Source: Gemmatimonadota bacterium (lineage in GTDB: Bacteria; Gemmatimonadota; Gemmatimonadetes; Gemmatimonadales; GWC2-71-9). Taken from it: 64,000 nt of DNA. The notes under the pieces are model-generated. The model saw nothing but the letters and a program-made list of their open reading frames with translations, had not been told where the DNA came from and did no database searches. The position numbers and the translations under genes are program-made. The stretch lies in the NCBI GenBank assembly GCA_036679605.1, contig JAZDCZ010000254.1:32001-96000 (forward strand). Reading direction: 5' to 3'. This document shows positions 30,452-39,410 of the stretch, one piece after another; position 1 is the stretch's first letter; each line of letters begins with the position of its first letter.

Positions 30452-30943
30452 GTGGGCTTCATTCACGAGGACGGCGGGTTTGCTGACCTCATACAAATCG
30501 TCTCCTCCGATCTTCGCATCAGCACGTCACTTGTGGAGAAAGACTACTGGGTAACCCACGTCCTTTGGAGCCTTGCCGAACAAGATTTCGAGGTTTGGTT
30601 CAAGGGGGGGACATCCCTGTCAAAAGGGTTCGGCCTCATTCAACGCTTCTCTGAGGATCTGGACCTCAAGCTCGAACACCCCGACCTGTCTCCAATCGGC
30701 AACTGGAAATCAGAGGGCAAGACGGCAACTGCTAATCGGAAGGTCTTCTTCGACGGGCTCATAAACCTGCTCTGTATCCCCGGGATGGATACGACGGAAC
30801 TGACCGAGCAACGCGCGAATGCCGATAGAGGCATCGTAGTTGCTGCTCATCACCCGATTGTCTTTGACGATATGCCCGTAGGCATGAGGCCATTCGTTCG
30901 GCTCCATGATGCCATGGAGTGGGTCCGCTCAAGTGCGGGATGA
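30452..30943 (+). pseudogene. AbiEii/AbiGii nucleotidyltransferase toxin, module A, probably truncated or internally deleted
   Basis: LVEKDYWV..FKGGTSLSKGFGLIQRFSEDLDL intact, but only 163 aa and lacking the C-terminal helical domain. Confidence 0.72.
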
Positions 30944-30994
30944 TCCACCGCGACCTGCCGGACCTGGCAGCGGAGTGACGCTACATTGTCAGTC

Positions 30995-31207
30995 ATGAGA
31001 CCCGACACCCGACCACCGGAACGGCTCGACCCGAGACTCGTCGCCATCTATGGCAGGATGTCGCCTGACGAGCGACTGGCGGCCGCCTTCGCCGCGACGC
31101 AGCTCGTCCGCTCTCGTCTGGAGGCGCATTTGGGGGCGCGCGAAGATTGGACCCCAGAGCAGGTGCAGGCCGAGATAGCCCGGAGGTTCCTCCATGGAAG
31201 CGGATGA
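30995..31207 (+). CDS. Small putative antitoxin, module B
   Basis: 70 aa, YGRMSPDERL...WTPEQVQAEIARRF; overlaps the NTase start. Confidence 0.65.
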   Translation: MRPDTRPPERLDPRLVAIYGRMSPDERLAAAFAATQLVRSRLEAHLGAREDWTPEQVQAEIARRFLHGSG

Positions 31208-31763
31208 ACTCCTACGCTATCTGGTCACTGTACTCGAAGAGATCGGTGTTCCGTACGCGATTGGTGGATCAATCGCGAGCATCGCATACGGTGAACCCCG
31301 AGCCACCCTGGACATCGATGTCGTGGCGTCACTCACCGCTGAGAGCTTGGCAGCCTTTTGTGAACGATTCCCTCCTGCAGACTTCTATCTGAGTCTCGAG
31401 GCAGCCGATGCAGCGATCCGAGAGGGTGGCCAGTTCAACATCATCCATCCTTCGTCCGGCATGAAGATCGATGTCTTCTCGGACAAGAAGGATGCGGTCG
31501 CCAGGAGTCAAATAGAGCGCGGTCGGCGTTTGCCGGCGCTGCCGGGCTTCACAGCCGTCTTCTCTTCGCCTGAGGAGTTGATTGTGAAGAAGCTTCAGTA
31601 CTACCAACTCGGTGGCTCGGACAAACATTTGAGAGACGTGCGAGCGATGCTCGAGATCTCGGGAGAGGAAATCGATCTCCGACGGATAGGGGAATGGGTT
31701 GCTCGGTTGGATCTCGCTGAGGTCTGGACGTTGGTGTCGGATCACCCGGTGGCCGAAGGATAG
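31194..31763 (+). CDS. Pol-beta superfamily nucleotidyltransferase (DUF6036-like), putative toxin, module B
   Basis: YAIGGSIASIAYGEPRATLDIDVV, KIDVF, SPEELIVKKL..SDKHLRDV. Confidence 0.8.
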   Translation: MEADELLRYLVTVLEEIGVPYAIGGSIASIAYGEPRATLDIDVVASLTAESLAAFCERFPPADFYLSLEAADAAIREGGQFNIIHPSSGMKIDVFSDKKDAVARSQIERGRRLPALPGFTAVFSSPEELIVKKLQYYQLGGSDKHLRDVRAMLEISGEEIDLRRIGEWVARLDLAEVWTLVSDHPVAEG

Positions 31764-31768
31764 GAACC

Positions 31769-34609
31769 TTACTCCTGCCGCAGCGCCTCGAGGGGATCGA
31801 CCCGCATCGCACGACGCGCCGGCAGATACGCGGCAACCAGCGCAAGCGCGAAGATCAGCGCAGCCACCCCAACCAACGTCATCGCATCCAGGGGGACGAC
31901 CCCAAACAGCAGACTCGAGAGGTAGCGCGTCAACCAAAACACCAAGACGAAACCCAGCGCGACCCCCAACCCAGCCATCCGGGCCCCTTGGCTGAGGACG
32001 AGTCCCGCGATTTGAGAGTTGCCGGCACCGAGCGCCATCCGAATGCCGAGTTCGCGCATGCGCTGAGTCACCGCATAGCTGAGCACTCCGAAGAGGCCGA
32101 GACACGTGATGCCAGTGGCCAGAACCGCGAAGAAGACAACCATCAGCGCCCGAAATCTGCTGTCTAGGCTGCGCTCGGCGACGATCTGCTCCACTGTACG
32201 GATCTGCGTTACTTCGATCTCGTTGGGGTCAACGGCCACGATCTCGCGACGCAGCACGTTCGCCAACCCGGCTGGATCCGCCGCCGTGCGTACAAAGAGA
32301 TCCGTGCCGCCCGTACCGGCGAGATAGTACGCGGGGATTGGTTCGCGGCCGAGCGAGTTCCTGACGTCCCGCACTACCCCAATCACCTCGAACGGGACCG
32401 GTACGGGATACCGCTGATCATATTGCTCGCTATACCGCACGACGCCGAGCGATTGGGCGACGACGTCCGGATCTTGGATGCCCCAGTAGAAGATCTTGCC
32501 TAGCGGACTCTCGTCAGGCCAAAACGTCCGCGCAAAGCCCGTACTGATCACAACCGATCGGGGAACCAATTGCCAAGAATGGTCGAGCGAATCCCTGGGG
32601 GCCGGCTGGGTCGTGAATCTTGCATCCCCCTGCCCAGCGTCGAACGTGCGACCCGCGAGGACCTGGATGCCTAGTGCTCTAAAGAACCCGGGTGACACGC
32701 GTCTCGCATCAACCCGAATAAGCTTATCCGCCTCCGACCGCGGGCGGGCGGCCATCGTCACGTCTTCGCCGAAGGGCTCACGCCCCGACAATGGCACGAA
32801 CCTCGAACGAGCGAAGGCTGTGACACCGGGTATCGCCTCGACGCGGTCCCTCAGCAGGTGAAACAGCTCGGTTTGGCCCGCAGGTCCCCTGTACTTGGAT
32901 AGTTGAGGATGCGGCATCCGGATGTTGACGTGGAGAACCCGCTCGGTCCCAATACCCGTGTCGACTCTGACAAGGTTCCAAAAACTCTGGAGCATGAGAC
33001 CAGCCCCGGCGAGCAACACCAGTGACAGGGCTACTTCCGCGGTCACCAGCGCGCGGAGGGACCGTGTCCGGGCAAGCGTGGCGCCTCGACCTCCGGCCTT
33101 GAGTACCTCGGAAGAGTGGCGCCGGGCCCCCCGCACCGCGGGCCACAAGCCCACCAGCAGCACGGTGGCCAGCGATACACTCAACGTGAACCCAAGCACG
33201 CCGACGTCGAGACTGACTTCGTCCAGTCGATGTACCCCAGCCGGTGTGAGGATCTTGAGCGCAGCGATCCCCCAATACGCCAACAACACACCCAGGACAC
33301 CCGCGGCCCCGGCGAGAACTGTTGCCTCGGTGAGCAACTGACTGAAGATGCGGCGGGCTCCGGCGCCCAGTGCCGCACGCACCGCAAGCTCTCGCTCCCG
33401 AGCTACCCCCCACCCCAACAGAAGGCTCGAAACGCTGGCGCAGGCTACGAGCAACACCAAAGCCGTGGCTGCCCAAAGGAAACCCAGTGCCACAGCGTAC
33501 TGCCGACGCAACAATTTTCCAACTGGAACGACCGTCACCTCGACGCCCGTCTGGGTTTCGGGAGCGCTCTCGGCGATACCCGCGGCAATGGCTTGCAGAT
33601 TCGCTCGCGCCTGTTCGACGGTCACTTCGTCACGCAGCTGGGCGAGGGTACGAATCGAGTACATCCCGCGATTGCCTCGTCCCCAGGACCATAGCCCCAT
33701 GGGCAGGACGACCTCAGGTTCCCGCCACACCCCGTAGCCGGCCCCCATACGCAGCGTCGGAATCCGGAAATCAGGCGGTAGCACCCCTATGATCTCGTAT
33801 TCTGCCAGTTTCCAACCCCTGTTGAACCGCTGCAGGGGAATCGTTTGCCCGATAACCTCCACCCCGCCGAACTCGCGCAGCCAGTACGCGTGAGTCAGTA
33901 AGACGACTGTGCCGACCCCTTCGAAATCCTCTTCCCTCAGGAAGGTTCGACCGCGGGTGGGCACCACGCCCATCATGTCGAATAAGTCTGCGGAGGCAAA
34001 GAAACCACGAAGTTGTCCGACGCGACCCTCGCTCACGATGCTCCACCGTTGCCCCCTAACCCCAGCGACATGCGAGAATACTTCGTTCAGGCTCTCGTAG
34101 TCTCGGAAACTGGGCTGCGACATCGCCTTCTCGATGTCCCGTGGTCGGTTGGGCTGCTGGTCCCAAAACTGCACTACTCGATCGGGAGCCTTGAATGGCA
34201 GGGGACCCAAGACAACCGTTTTGATCACGCCGAACATGGCGGCGTTGGCCCCGATACCCAGGGCCAGCGTGAGCACCGCGGCGACGGTGAATCCGGGTCT
34301 GCGGCGCAGGGCGCGGACGGCGGAGTGGAGATCCTGGAGGGAGGAGTCTATGATGCTCCGTCGCGATCGCCGCCGGGATACCGACGACTGGATAGCATGG
34401 CGCTCCGCGACCCACCCACGCACAACTACGCCGAGAACGTCGATCACCGCGCGGAATCGGTACCTTAGTACAGCTACGCGCCCGGCCCTCTTACGCTCCT
34501 CTGTGAGGCGTTCCTCGAGCACGCCGGCTATCTCGTCGCGGTAGGTGTGGCGCAGGTCGCGGGGCAACTGGCGCCAGAGCCAGCCGAGCCGTCTCTTCGG
34601 GCCGCTCAT
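31769..34609 (-). CDS. ADOP-family duplicated ABC permease, copy 2
   Basis: Same TM framework as copy 1 but a different N-terminal prefix (LPRDLRHTYRDEI). Confidence 0.92.
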   Translation of the reverse strand: MSGPKRRLGWLWRQLPRDLRHTYRDEIAGVLEERLTEERKRAGRVAVLRYRFRAVIDVLGVVVRGWVAERHAIQSSVSRRRSRRSIIDSSLQDLHSAVRALRRRPGFTVAAVLTLALGIGANAAMFGVIKTVVLGPLPFKAPDRVVQFWDQQPNRPRDIEKAMSQPSFRDYESLNEVFSHVAGVRGQRWSIVSEGRVGQLRGFFASADLFDMMGVVPTRGRTFLREEDFEGVGTVVLLTHAYWLREFGGVEVIGQTIPLQRFNRGWKLAEYEIIGVLPPDFRIPTLRMGAGYGVWREPEVVLPMGLWSWGRGNRGMYSIRTLAQLRDEVTVEQARANLQAIAAGIAESAPETQTGVEVTVVPVGKLLRRQYAVALGFLWAATALVLLVACASVSSLLLGWGVARERELAVRAALGAGARRIFSQLLTEATVLAGAAGVLGVLLAYWGIAALKILTPAGVHRLDEVSLDVGVLGFTLSVSLATVLLVGLWPAVRGARRHSSEVLKAGGRGATLARTRSLRALVTAEVALSLVLLAGAGLMLQSFWNLVRVDTGIGTERVLHVNIRMPHPQLSKYRGPAGQTELFHLLRDRVEAIPGVTAFARSRFVPLSGREPFGEDVTMAARPRSEADKLIRVDARRVSPGFFRALGIQVLAGRTFDAGQGDARFTTQPAPRDSLDHSWQLVPRSVVISTGFARTFWPDESPLGKIFYWGIQDPDVVAQSLGVVRYSEQYDQRYPVPVPFEVIGVVRDVRNSLGREPIPAYYLAGTGGTDLFVRTAADPAGLANVLRREIVAVDPNEIEVTQIRTVEQIVAERSLDSRFRALMVVFFAVLATGITCLGLFGVLSYAVTQRMRELGIRMALGAGNSQIAGLVLSQGARMAGLGVALGFVLVFWLTRYLSSLLFGVVPLDAMTLVGVAALIFALALVAAYLPARRAMRVDPLEALRQE

Positions 34610-34971
34610 GACCGCCCCGCCACATCGACCAGACCGGCCTTTCGGAGATCGAACGCCACGCTGGCCACACGATTCGCTTCGGCCTTGAGCGCGTCCCGGC
34701 CAAGATCGGTGAGCCGAAAATAGCGACGACGCTTGTCATCTCGATCGACGCCCATTGGCGCGTCGGATTGCTCAATCAAACGCCGTTTCTCTAGTGCCGT
34801 GATGGATTCGTAAAGCGAAGCGGGGCCAATGGATACGTGGCCCCGGCCGAGTTCCTCGGCCATCCGCAGCAGGCGGTATCCGTGTTGGGGGCCCTCGTCG
34901 AGGGCCCACAGAATCAGGAGCACCCTGGGGGTCAGGGGCAGTAGGGACGAAACGTCAGGCTGGCGTGTCAT
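34606..34971 (-). CDS. PadR-family regulator 2 (different subfamily)
   Basis: LPLTPRVLLILWAL..HGYRL..GPASLYESI..RRRYFRLTDLGR; GGAGGAG RBS. Confidence 0.9.
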   Translation of the reverse strand: MTRQPDVSSLLPLTPRVLLILWALDEGPQHGYRLLRMAEELGRGHVSIGPASLYESITALEKRRLIEQSDAPMGVDRDDKRRRYFRLTDLGRDALKAEANRVASVAFDLRKAGLVDVAGRS

Positions 34972-34982
34972 TGAACCACTCC

Positions 34983-35025
34983 TCCGGTATCCGGAATAGT
35001 GTTGCCTCTGAACGGTCCGTGTCAA
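34983..35025 (-). promoter_or_regulatory. padR2 promoter and operator
   Basis: Minus-strand TTGACA (35025-35020)-N18-CACTAT; palindrome TCCGG-TAT-CCGGA at 34983-34995. Confidence 0.55.
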
Positions 35026-35084
35026 GATCTAGCTGCTGCCAGCAAGCCCTGTAGCATTACTCGAGATGCAGTGGACATGCTAGT

Positions 35085-35104
35085 TGATAGCTAATCAGCT
35101 ATCA
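35085..35104. promoter_or_regulatory. Operator palindrome of TA module C
   Basis: TGATAGCT-AATC-AGCTATCA ending 6 nt before ATG35111. Confidence 0.65.
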
Positions 35105-35110
35105 TACAAT

Positions 35111-35431
35111 ATGCCCAAAGACATAGCCGCTATCGTGCGTGATGCCCGATCCAGGACCCAGTTGAGTCAGCGCGAACTCGCACGCCGCGCCGGGACCGCG
35201 CAGTCCGTAATTGCACGCGTCGAACTCGGCCAGACGAGTCCGACCTGGGAGACACTTACTCGGATTCTCGCTGCGGCGGGATTCGATCTCGACGCCAAGC
35301 TAACCGTCAGCCCTATTGTCGGGTCGCACATGCTCGACGATGTAGCTCGGATCATGAGTCTCAAACCGGTGCAGAGGCTGGAAGAGATCGCAAATGCCTG
35401 CCGGTTTGCCGCCGCGGTGAGGCGTGTCTAG
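35111..35431 (+). CDS. XRE-family HTH putative antitoxin, module C
   Basis: LSQRELARRAGTAQSVIARVELGQTSPTWETL; C-terminal MSLKPVQRL. Confidence 0.85.
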   Translation: MPKDIAAIVRDARSRTQLSQRELARRAGTAQSVIARVELGQTSPTWETLTRILAAAGFDLDAKLTVSPIVGSHMLDDVARIMSLKPVQRLEEIANACRFAAAVRRV

Positions 35432-35930
35432 TCCAGCACCGCTCAATCCGGAGCTTCTGTTCACTACGCTCGCTCGTCACGAGGTTCAATACGTCCTCAT
35501 CGGCGCGGTTGCCGCGCGTTTGCAAGGATTTCCCCGAATGACGGCCGATGCCGACATCACCCCCTCCCGCGATCGGGAGAACCTCGAACGCGTGGCCGTT
35601 GCACTGAGGGAACTCGACGCGCGGATCTATACCGAGACCGTTCCAGAGGGGCTGGCGTTTGACTGCAGTGCCACCATGCTGGAACGCGGAGAACTGTGGA
35701 ACCTGGTAACCTCGGCCGGCCGGTTGGACGTGGCGTTCATGCCGTCGGGCACCGAGGGGTTCGAAGACTTGGTTGTTGGCGCCATCCGGTTCGAGGTGTA
35801 CGGCATCGAATTGCTGGCGGCGAGCCTAGAGGACATCGTGCGATCCAAGGAAGCTGCCGACCGGCCGCAAGACCGCCAAGATGTGGTAATCATCCGGGAG
35901 ATGCTGCGGAGGGAACAGGGCTTGACCTGA
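35424..35930 (+). CDS. Pol-beta superfamily nucleotidyltransferase, putative toxin, module C
   Basis: YVLIGAVAARLQG.PRMTADADI, GRLDV, ASLEDIVRSKEAADRPQD. Confidence 0.8.
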   Translation: MSSPAPLNPELLFTTLARHEVQYVLIGAVAARLQGFPRMTADADITPSRDRENLERVAVALRELDARIYTETVPEGLAFDCSATMLERGELWNLVTSAGRLDVAFMPSGTEGFEDLVVGAIRFEVYGIELLAASLEDIVRSKEAADRPQDRQDVVIIREMLRREQGLT

Positions 35931-36051
35931 GATGCAAATCGAGACCACGGCCAACCTCTCCAGAACGGGCTAAGAGCCTTTGGTGTTGCGAGGCCCGTGC
36001 TTCAAGGCGGGACTCACGACACGGCCCGTCGCCAAGGCGACCCGCTCCACC

Positions 36052-38916
36052 TTACTCCTGCCGCAACGCCTCGATGGGGTCGACACGCATCGCGCGCCGA
36101 GCTGGGAGATACGCGGCGAGCAGGGCAACCGCGAAGATCAACGCAGCCACCCCAGCCAAGGTCAGCGGATCCAGCGGCGCGACCCCAAACAACAGACTCG
36201 AGACGTAGCGCGTCACCCAAAACACCAGTACGAAGCCCAGCGCGACCCCCAACCCGACCATTCGAGCCCCTTGGCCGAGGACGAGTCCCGCGATTTGAGA
36301 GTTGCCGGCACCGAGCGCCATCCGAATGCCGAGTTCGCGCGTGCGCTGAGTCACCGCATAGGCGAGTACCCCGAAGAGCCCGAGGCACGTGATGCCCGTG
36401 GCCAGAACGGCGAAGAGAACGACCAGCATCGCCCTGAATCTGCTGTCCGCGCTTTGCTCTGTGACCATCTGGTCGATCGTACGGATCTGCGTTACCTCGA
36501 TCTCGTTCGGGTCGACGGCCACGATTTCGCGACGCAACACTTCCAGCATTGCCTCCGGCTCCACCGAAGTGCGAACGTAGAGGTTCTCGCCATAAGGGTT
36601 CTCGACATAATACGCGGGCAGGGGTTCGTCTCCGAGCGTCATCTGTACGTCCTGCGCCACCCCGATTACCTCGCGCCCTACCCTGAACCAATTGGGTTGT
36701 GACTGTTGATCGAGTTGCTCGCCCCGTCGGATCTTACCCAGCGTCTGGGCGATAACCTCCGGGTCCTGATCGCCCGGGAAGAAGATCTTGCCCAACGCGC
36801 TCTCGCCCGGCCAAAACTTCCGGGCCATTGCCGCATTGATCACGACCGGGCAGCAGTTAAATACCCAGGAAAGGTCAGGCGGGTCGGTCGGTGAAGGCCT
36901 TGGGGCCGCCAATGCCGCCCTCCGTGCGTCCACGTCCCAAGTGCGACCCTCGATAAGCTGGACGCCCATTGCGCGAAAATATCCCGGTGATACGAATCTC
37001 CAATGGGCCACCGGGCGTTGGCCCTCCTCGGGTCGAGGCCGGTCGGGCAACGTGACGACGCCCCCACTCGGCTCCACTCCGGATAATGGCGTAGACCCGG
37101 CTTGCCCTGTAGCGTATGCCGTCACACCGGGAATCGACTCAACTCGGTCCCGGAGCAGGGCAATCAGTTCGAGTATCCCTTCTCCACGGTATTTCGAAAA
37201 TTGGCCAGGGGTTCTGTTGATGGTGACGTGGACGACCCGCTCGCCAACCCCGGTTTCGACTCCTACGAGGTTCCAAAAGCTCTGTAGCATGAGACCAGCA
37301 CCAGCCAGCAAGACCAACGACAGGGCAACCTCGACGGTGACCAGTACGCGAAGTGAATGGGTGCGGGCAAGCGTGGCGCCTCGACCTCCGGCCTTGAGTA
37401 CCTCAGACGATTCGCGCCGGGCACCACGCGCGGCTGGCCACAGGCCCACCAGCAGCACGCTTGCCAGCGATATACCCACCGCAAACGCCAGCACTCCCAG
37501 ATCGAGACTGACCTGGTCTAACCTGTGCACGCCATCCGGTGTGAAAATCTTTAGTGCTGCGATACCCCAATACGCCAGCAACACGCCCAAGACACACGCC
37601 ATACCCGCGAGTACTGTGGCCTCGGTCAGCAACTGACTGAAGATGCGTCTTGCTCCAGCGCCAAGTGCCGCACGCACAGCTAGTTCCCGCTCCCGGGCCA
37701 CGCCCCAACCCAGCAGCAGGCTCGAAACGCTGGCACAGGCAACTAGCAACACCAGAGCGGTGGCCGCCCAGAGAAAGCCCAATGCCACCCCGTATTCCTG
37801 TCGCAACAGGTCTCCAACCGAAAAGACCGTCACCTCGATACCCGCATCGGTTTCGGGAGCGATCTCGGCGATCCCGTCCGCAATGGCTTGCAGATTTGTC
37901 CGTGCCTGCTCGACGGTCACCCCCTCCCGCAGTTGGGCGAGGGTGCGAATAGACCCCCAACCACGCCAGTTGTGCAGGAACTCCCCCATATCGAGCCCGA
38001 AGGGTAAAAACACCTGGGGTTCCGGCAACACCGCGTAGTCTGCCCCTATGCGCAGCGGCGGCATCCTGAATTCCGGTGCCAGCACACCGACGACCTCGTA
38101 TTCCGCCAGATGGTACCCGCCCCCCCTCTGGACAAAACGCCGCAGGGCAATTGTTTGTCCGATTACATCCTCACCACCCAATTCGCGCAGCCAGTACCCG
38201 TGGCTGAGCAAGACAACGTTGCCGGCGCCATCAAGGTCCTCGTCGGCCCGAAACGTGCGACCGCGAAACGGCGCAACTCCCATCATCGTGAACAGATCGG
38301 CGGAAACGTAAGCAGCCGGTATATAGGTAAAGCGGTCCTCCCTTCCGCTGAGCACGCCGCCGCCGGTGTACATGATGGCGGCAAAGTGCGAGAAGACTTC
38401 GTTCCGGCTGTCGTACTCGCGGAAATTGGGCTGCGGTATCAACAACTCTTCGTCCAGCGGACCGGGTCGAGCGTTAGAGTGGTCCCACAGTTGCACCACC
38501 CTATCGGGAGCCTTGAATGGCAGCGGACCCAGGACGACCGTCTTGATCACGCCGAACATGGCGGCATTGGCCCCGATGCCCAGGGCCAGCGTGAGCACCG
38601 CCGCGACGGTGAAGCTGGGTCTGCGACGCAGGGCTCTTACGGCGGAGTGGAGATCCTGAAGGGAGGAGTCCATGATGCTCCGCCGCGATCGCCGCCGGGA
38701 AACCGACGACTGGATAGCAACGCACTCGGTCCGGATCTCCTCGAGATCCCCGAATCGGTTGACTGCCTCGTCCTGGGCGTCCGTGGGGCTCAGCGGCCCA
38801 GCTTCGAGATCCCTGGCCTTCATGTGGAGGTGAAACTGGAGTTCGTCGTCGATGTCGTGCTTAACATCGACATGCTGCCGACGAAAGATGCGCTTGAAGC
38901 CGGGCATCAGAGACAC
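36052..38916 (-). CDS. ADOP-family duplicated ABC permease, copy 3
   Basis: Same framework; prefix DIDDELQFHL...AVNRFGD. Confidence 0.92.
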   Translation of the reverse strand: MSLMPGFKRIFRRQHVDVKHDIDDELQFHLHMKARDLEAGPLSPTDAQDEAVNRFGDLEEIRTECVAIQSSVSRRRSRRSIMDSSLQDLHSAVRALRRRPSFTVAAVLTLALGIGANAAMFGVIKTVVLGPLPFKAPDRVVQLWDHSNARPGPLDEELLIPQPNFREYDSRNEVFSHFAAIMYTGGGVLSGREDRFTYIPAAYVSADLFTMMGVAPFRGRTFRADEDLDGAGNVVLLSHGYWLRELGGEDVIGQTIALRRFVQRGGGYHLAEYEVVGVLAPEFRMPPLRIGADYAVLPEPQVFLPFGLDMGEFLHNWRGWGSIRTLAQLREGVTVEQARTNLQAIADGIAEIAPETDAGIEVTVFSVGDLLRQEYGVALGFLWAATALVLLVACASVSSLLLGWGVARERELAVRAALGAGARRIFSQLLTEATVLAGMACVLGVLLAYWGIAALKIFTPDGVHRLDQVSLDLGVLAFAVGISLASVLLVGLWPAARGARRESSEVLKAGGRGATLARTHSLRVLVTVEVALSLVLLAGAGLMLQSFWNLVGVETGVGERVVHVTINRTPGQFSKYRGEGILELIALLRDRVESIPGVTAYATGQAGSTPLSGVEPSGGVVTLPDRPRPEEGQRPVAHWRFVSPGYFRAMGVQLIEGRTWDVDARRAALAAPRPSPTDPPDLSWVFNCCPVVINAAMARKFWPGESALGKIFFPGDQDPEVIAQTLGKIRRGEQLDQQSQPNWFRVGREVIGVAQDVQMTLGDEPLPAYYVENPYGENLYVRTSVEPEAMLEVLRREIVAVDPNEIEVTQIRTIDQMVTEQSADSRFRAMLVVLFAVLATGITCLGLFGVLAYAVTQRTRELGIRMALGAGNSQIAGLVLGQGARMVGLGVALGFVLVFWVTRYVSSLLFGVAPLDPLTLAGVAALIFAVALLAAYLPARRAMRVDPIEALRQE

Positions 38917-38920
38917 GGGC

Positions 38921-39259
38921 CTATGCCTCCTTCAAATTGAGCACCGTCTCCACCGCCTTGGCAGACCTCCTCCACCGGGCCGTCTCGGTCTCGAGGCGTT
39001 TGCGACCGGCGGGCGTCAGATCGTAGAACTTGGCACGGCGGCCGGTATCATTTCGCCCCCACTCGGCCTTGAGATACCCCTCTTTCTCGAGACGGTGGAG
39101 CGCTGGGTACAGCACTCCCTCATCAACGCGGAGTACCTCCTCCGTGCGCTCCAGCACCCATTTACTGATCGCGTATCCGTGAAGCGGGCCCCACGTCAGC
39201 GACTTGAGGATGAGGACGTTAAGGGTGCCGGGAATGAGCTTGTCACGCAGTTCGGCCAT
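38921..39259 (-). CDS. PadR-family regulator 3 (acidobacterial type)
   Basis: LIPGTLNVLILKSL..HGYAI..VDEGVLYPALHRLE..RRAKFYDLT..G. Confidence 0.92.
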   Translation of the reverse strand: MAELRDKLIPGTLNVLILKSLTWGPLHGYAISKWVLERTEEVLRVDEGVLYPALHRLEKEGYLKAEWGRNDTGRRAKFYDLTPAGRKRLETETARWRRSAKAVETVLNLKEA

Positions 39260-39369
39260 GCTCCCATGATACCTATGTTACCAATGTAACGCAAGCGCAG
39301 TAGGTGGCTGCCCAACCCTTTTGGTGCTGAGCACCATGATCGGAGCGGCGGCGCCGAGAACGGCCGGAC

Positions 39370-39410
39370 TTGCTCAAAGCCAGCCGAGTCTATATTCTCA
39401 TATATGAGAA
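39370..39410 (+). promoter_or_regulatory. Promoter and operator of TA module D (probably leaderless)
   Basis: TTGCTC(39370)-N17-TATTCT(39393); perfect 16-bp palindrome TTCTCATATATGAGAA (39395-39410) contains ATG39404; no SD. Confidence 0.65.

Noticed and set aside
26505..38916. Diversity-generating retroelement behind the ADOP variation
   Set aside because: No reverse transcriptase or template repeat in the window; differences involve all bases and indels rather than adenine-specific changes.
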